Assembly (NCBI GenBank): GCA_039801225.1
Contig: JBDRUH010000028.1
Location: 5,953-17,550 of the forward strand
Direction of reading: 5' to 3'
Source: a candidate division WOR-3 bacterium
GTDB taxonomy: Bacteria; Hydrothermota; Tepidihabitantia; Tepidihabitantales; Tepidihabitantaceae
Length of the DNA: 11,598 nucleotides
The position numbers and the translations under genes were made by a program. Of this stretch, positions 8,168 through 11,598 are shown one piece after another (position 1 is the first letter of the stretch; every line of letters starts with the position of its first letter). Below the pieces are notes generated by a model. The model was not told the DNA's origin and searched no databases. It saw only the letters and a program-made list of their open reading frames with translations.

Positions 8168-8445
8168 ATGCCCAAGAGTTGCTTTATTTTCTCTTCATCA
8201 AACCCGACTACCACCTCATTGTCAATCTGAACTGTCGGAAAGGAACTGCGCGGGTTAAGCTCCTGCACCCGTTTTATCGCCTCCGACCTTTCTTCCCCCT
8301 GGCAAAGGTCAACATCAATGTATTGATATTCTATATTATTACTCTCCAGCAACTCCTTCGTTTTACGACACCAGCCACAGGTGGAAAGGGCATAAAGGGT
8401 TACCCGGTGCTGGTTATTTGTTCCGGCCACTTTCTTAAAGTTCAT
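8164..8445 (-). CDS. Glutaredoxin/NrdH-like redoxin (methanoredoxin-like)
   Basis: LYALSTCGWCRKTK active site, SFPT cis-Pro loop, VVGF. SD AGGAGG. Confidence 0.92.
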   Translation of the reverse strand: MNFKKVAGTNNQHRVTLYALSTCGWCRKTKELLESNNIEYQYIDVDLCQGEERSEAIKRVQELNPRSSFPTVQIDNEVVVGFDEEKIKQLLGI

Positions 8446-8458
8446 CCTTCCTCCTTTT

Positions 8459-8992
8459 CTATAATTTTTCTCCGCATTCCGGGCAGGTTGTTACCCCCTT
8501 GGGCAGCGGCTTTTTGCAGGCAGGGCAGCGGATTATTTTCACACCACAGGGTTGACAGAACTCGGTCTCACCTGAAACCGGTTGATTGCAGTAGGGACAT
8601 CGGCACACCTTTGCGCCCTCCTTCTCCTTCACCTTGCGCAAATAGTCCGCTATCGCCGCATGCAGGGCATCGGCCCCCAAGTTGGAACAATGGAGTTTAT
8701 TTGGTGGTAGACCGCCCAGTTCCTTTGCCACCTCTTCGTTGGTAATCTTCAGCGCCTCCTCAATCTTTTTTCCCTTCGCCATCTCACTCACCATTGAAGA
8801 TACCGCAATCGCCGCACCACAACCAAAGGTCTTAAACTTCACATCGGTTAAAACGCCATCCTTCACCTTAATATAAAATGTCATCATATCACCGCATACT
8901 GGATTGCCCACCTCACCCACACCATCGGGGTCTTCAATCTCACCGACATTTCGCGGGTTGCGAAAATGTTCCATTACTTTTTCCGAATACAT
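8459..8992 (-). CDS. iscU: Fe-S cluster scaffold IscU/NifU-N with C-terminal double zinc ribbon
   Basis: YSEKVMEHFRNPRN, GNPVCGD, FGCGAAIA, LPPNKLHC. Four extra C-terminal CxxC motifs. SD AGGAGG overlaps the upstream stop. Confidence 0.93.
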   Translation of the reverse strand: MYSEKVMEHFRNPRNVGEIEDPDGVGEVGNPVCGDMMTFYIKVKDGVLTDVKFKTFGCGAAIAVSSMVSEMAKGKKIEEALKITNEEVAKELGGLPPNKLHCSNLGADALHAAIADYLRKVKEKEGAKVCRCPYCNQPVSGETEFCQPCGVKIIRCPACKKPLPKGVTTCPECGEKL

Positions 8993-9003
8993 TAAATTTC
9001 CTC

Positions 9004-10230
9004 CTAATTATTTTCTTTATGATTTTCCTCTTGTCCAGATTTGACCGCATAAGGGTCTTCTCCCTTGAGATAGCGGGCGTAAAGCGGTGAGAGGTTGCGT
9101 AACCGCTCAACAATCGCCGGCAGACGCGCCAGCAGATAGTCAACATCCTCATCGGTATTGTCCTTACCCAAAGTAAGGAGCAGAGAGGATTGGGCGATAG
9201 CATGGGGAAGACCGATAGCGAGTAAAACATGCGATGCCTTAAGCGTCCGGGCGGTGCAGGCCGAACCCGATGCTGCGGCAATACCCTCATCATCCAGGGA
9301 CAAAAGCAATGCCTCGCCTTCAACGAATTCAATGCATAGGCTAACATTGCCCGGAATTCGCTCTTGGGGATGACCGGTAAACAAAATTCGCTCAATTTTT
9401 TGTGGCAGTTCATCTCTGAGTCGCTGGGCAAGCCGGTTCATACTCGCTGACCAGGTGGAAAGGTTTCGCTGACATATTTCTGCCGCCTTGCCCATTCCGA
9501 CAATTGCCGGTAGGTTTTCGGTGCCAGCACGTCTGCCCCGTTCCTGAAAACCACCCTCTATCAGAGGGCTTATCCGGGTCTGGGGCTTGATATAAAGCGC
9601 ACCGACACCCTTCGGTCCATAAAAGGACTGGGCAGAAAATGAATAGGCGTCAATGTCAAGTTCGCTAACATCCACCGCTATTCTGCCCACCGCCGCAGTG
9701 CCGTCCGAATGCACTAATACACCCTGTTCATGGCAGACCTTCACTATTTCCTTAAGCGGCTGAATGGTGCCAATCTCATTATTGGCATGCATTATTGAGA
9801 CAAGAATCGTGCCCGAGTGAATCGCCTGAGCCACCTCCTTCGGGTCAACCCGGCCAAACTGGTCAACCTTCACCACCGTCAACTCAAACCCCTGCCTTTT
9901 CAAACTTTTTACCGGCTCAAAAACCGAGGGGTGTTCAATTGCCGAAATGACAATATGGTTTCCCTTTGCTCGGTTTGCCCCAGCAAAGCCTTTTATCGCC
10001 AGGTTGTTACTCTCTGATGCCGAAGCGGTAAAAATAATTGAGTTAGCCTTAGCGTTAATCAGCCGGGCGACCTGCTCTCTTGCCCTTTCCAAAGCATCCC
10101 GGGCAATAATGCCAAAATGGTGAAGACTCTGGGGATTGCCAAATTTTTCTTTCAGAAAAGGAAGCATCTCCTGAAGCGCCTCAGGCAGGAGCGGTGTTGC
10201 CGCCGCATGGTCAAAGTAAACTCTTCTCAT
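9004..10230 (-). CDS. iscS: IscS/NifS-family protein with degenerate PLP catalytic site
   Basis: FGNPQS, IEHPSV, HANNEIGTIQP, FYGPKGVG, RAGTEN and SGSAC are present, but SAHK reads SAQS and SLRFS reads SLLLT. Confidence 0.9.
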   Translation of the reverse strand: MRRVYFDHAAATPLLPEALQEMLPFLKEKFGNPQSLHHFGIIARDALERAREQVARLINAKANSIIFTASASESNNLAIKGFAGANRAKGNHIVISAIEHPSVFEPVKSLKRQGFELTVVKVDQFGRVDPKEVAQAIHSGTILVSIMHANNEIGTIQPLKEIVKVCHEQGVLVHSDGTAAVGRIAVDVSELDIDAYSFSAQSFYGPKGVGALYIKPQTRISPLIEGGFQERGRRAGTENLPAIVGMGKAAEICQRNLSTWSASMNRLAQRLRDELPQKIERILFTGHPQERIPGNVSLCIEFVEGEALLLSLDDEGIAAASGSACTARTLKASHVLLAIGLPHAIAQSSLLLTLGKDNTDEDVDYLLARLPAIVERLRNLSPLYARYLKGEDPYAVKSGQEENHKENN

Positions 10231-10755
10231 TTACTATTAGACTACTTTTCGGGAATAAGGGATTTGAAAATTCTGAAAAACAAGGTCAAATATTATTTTA
10301 GATGAAAACAGGCAAAAGGCAAACCAAAGGCTGAATTCAATATTGATTTTCACCCGGTTTTAAAATAAAAATTTCATTAGATTTTTAGATGGACTGGAAC
10401 TTTTCCTTTTGACTTTCTTCTCAATTCAGATTTTTTACCGCTTTTTAGTTTAGAACTTAGTGTCAAAGAAAAAAACCGTTTAACCCAAATTTTTAGACCA
10501 AGTTTTAACACTATCCCTTCACTTGATTTACCACTTGAATTTAAATCATATTTTAACATCAAACCAAAAACCTATTTAGGAAAGGGTTTTACCACCCTAG
10601 TGCTGGAGGGGACAGCCCCCCAGGTAAACCTGTCTTTAAATTAAGTTATTTAATTGCGAGACTTAACTCAATTTTAGCCATTAGAATTTTGTGTATATAT
10701 AAATACACTTAGCCTTTACACACTTTTCCTTAAAGAAAGAGTTAGGATTGTAGTT

Positions 10756-10900
10756 ATCATTCCGTAACCCTCGGCTCCGTCATTCCGAGCCCCTCGGCTC
10801 TGTCATTCCGACCGAGCCCCTCACCTCCGTCATTCCGACCGAGCCAACGGCGAGTGGAGGAATCCCTTCGCTCGGGGCAGGCTTTGCCGAGGAATCCCTC
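10756..10900. repeat. REP-like repeat, copy 3 (expanded core, no heptamer arms)
   Basis: TCATTCCG units at 10757, 10780, 10803 and 10830. Same core as copies 1 and 2, plus a second GAGGAATCCC. Confidence 0.92.
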
Positions 10901-10907
10901 AGAAGAA

Positions 10908-10965
10908 GGATAAGGTTAAGGTTGAGGAGTGGCTGTGGTCCGTCCTCTTAACCTTAACCTATATC
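10908..10965. repeat. Imperfect hexamer-repeat hairpin
   Basis: GGATAAGGTTAAGGTTGAGGA pairs with TCCTCTTAACCTTAACCTATATC. Confidence 0.7.
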
Positions 10966-11282
10966 TGCGGATTCGTGGTATCTTCATCAGAAGCGGTTGA
11001 GGCGTGCATATCCGGAAAACCTCAAAAAGTCACTCACCACCAACCCGCAAAATATCTGAACTGAAGCCCATCCCTTTCCACCTCCTCATATGCACCCTTG
11101 AGTCCTGAACCAAATATTTATATCCACCACCAATTCCAAGTTTCAATGAGTATTGATCGGCGAGCAAAAAACTGCGCCCCTGCTAAATAAAAAAGATATC
11201 GGTCAGAGGAGACCGAGGAGAAAAGATGGCGGTCGGCTTCCTATCCTCCCTTCTTGGTTCTCTTACTTTGACAAGGGGGGAT

Positions 11283-11598
11283 TCAACGCTCCTGTGCCCA
11301 ATCCTCGCTTTCGGATGAAACTTTCGCCCGATTCGGGTAAAGCGCCTTGAGACACATCTCCTTAAGAAAACTCTTCTCCGCTACGGTCATCTGACTGAGG
11401 ATTAGTTCCTGCAAAAAGGGATGGGTGAATGTTAATCTTACTTCACCCTGAACCACCTCTTCCTTAAAGAAACCTCTCTTAATCAGTTCAGCCGTAAGGG
11501 CGACGAACTCCCTCCCCTCCATTTTTGAAACGGTTAAGAGGTCCTTTTGCTTAGGCGAAATGTCCAGAACCGCGGCGAGTTTCAAAAGGCAAACCGCT
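11283..11598 (-). CDS. 3' end of a gene running in from the window edge; resembles the winged-helix region following STAND/AAA-type ATPase domains
   Basis: The frame is open to the window edge. LLKLAAVL...ELIKRGFFKEE...LTFTHPFLQELILSQM resembles the F-x-H-x-L-x-x-E pattern. Confidence 0.55.
   Translation of the reverse strand, partial: AVCLLKLAAVLDISPKQKDLLTVSKMEGREFVALTAELIKRGFFKEEVVQGEVRLTFTHPFLQELILSQMTVAEKSFLKEMCLKALYPNRAKVSSESEDWAQER

Noticed and set aside
7658..8745. Plus-strand ORFs 7658-8230 and 8143-8745
   Set aside because: Antisense shadows of well-supported genes with no recognisable motifs.
8940..9431. 163-aa alternative-frame ORF over iscS/iscU
   Set aside because: Both host genes are intact in their own frames, and no motifs or frameshift evidence are visible.
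10377..10562. 61-aa ORF
   Set aside because: TTG start, no SD, and low-complexity product from AT-rich DNA.
10641..10708. 6-bp inverted repeats TTAAGT/ACTTAA and GTGTAT/ATACAC
   Set aside because: Too short to be significant in AT-rich sequence.
10756..10860. CRISPR array
   Set aside because: The period is only 23-27 nt, the intervening sequences are themselves repeated, and no cas genes are present.

Overview
Bacterial chromosomal window, probably from a diderm anaerobe (inferred from an Omp85-like barrel and a ferredoxin-dependent disulfide reductase). Plus strand: glmM-glmS, preceded by a consensus sigma70 promoter that suggests a leaderless glmM transcript. Minus strand, block 1: an XRE regulator translationally coupled to an 848-aa protein with a degenerate (zinc-ligand-less) M1 peptidase domain fused to an Omp85-like beta-barrel. 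Minus strand, block 2: a five-gene operon of IscS-like protein, IscU with a double zinc ribbon, glutaredoxin, FTR-rubredoxin fusion and MTH1187 protein. The best lead is that the IscS-like protein lacks the PLP lysine and the substrate arginine but keeps the SGSAC cysteine, as in the non-desulfurase Archaeoglobus IscS. The operon may therefore be a cysteine-independent Fe-S assembly system with its own disulfide-reduction chain. Three copies of a nested, modular REP-like repeat lie in the intergenic regions. All family assignments come from motif recognition by eye; no searches were run.
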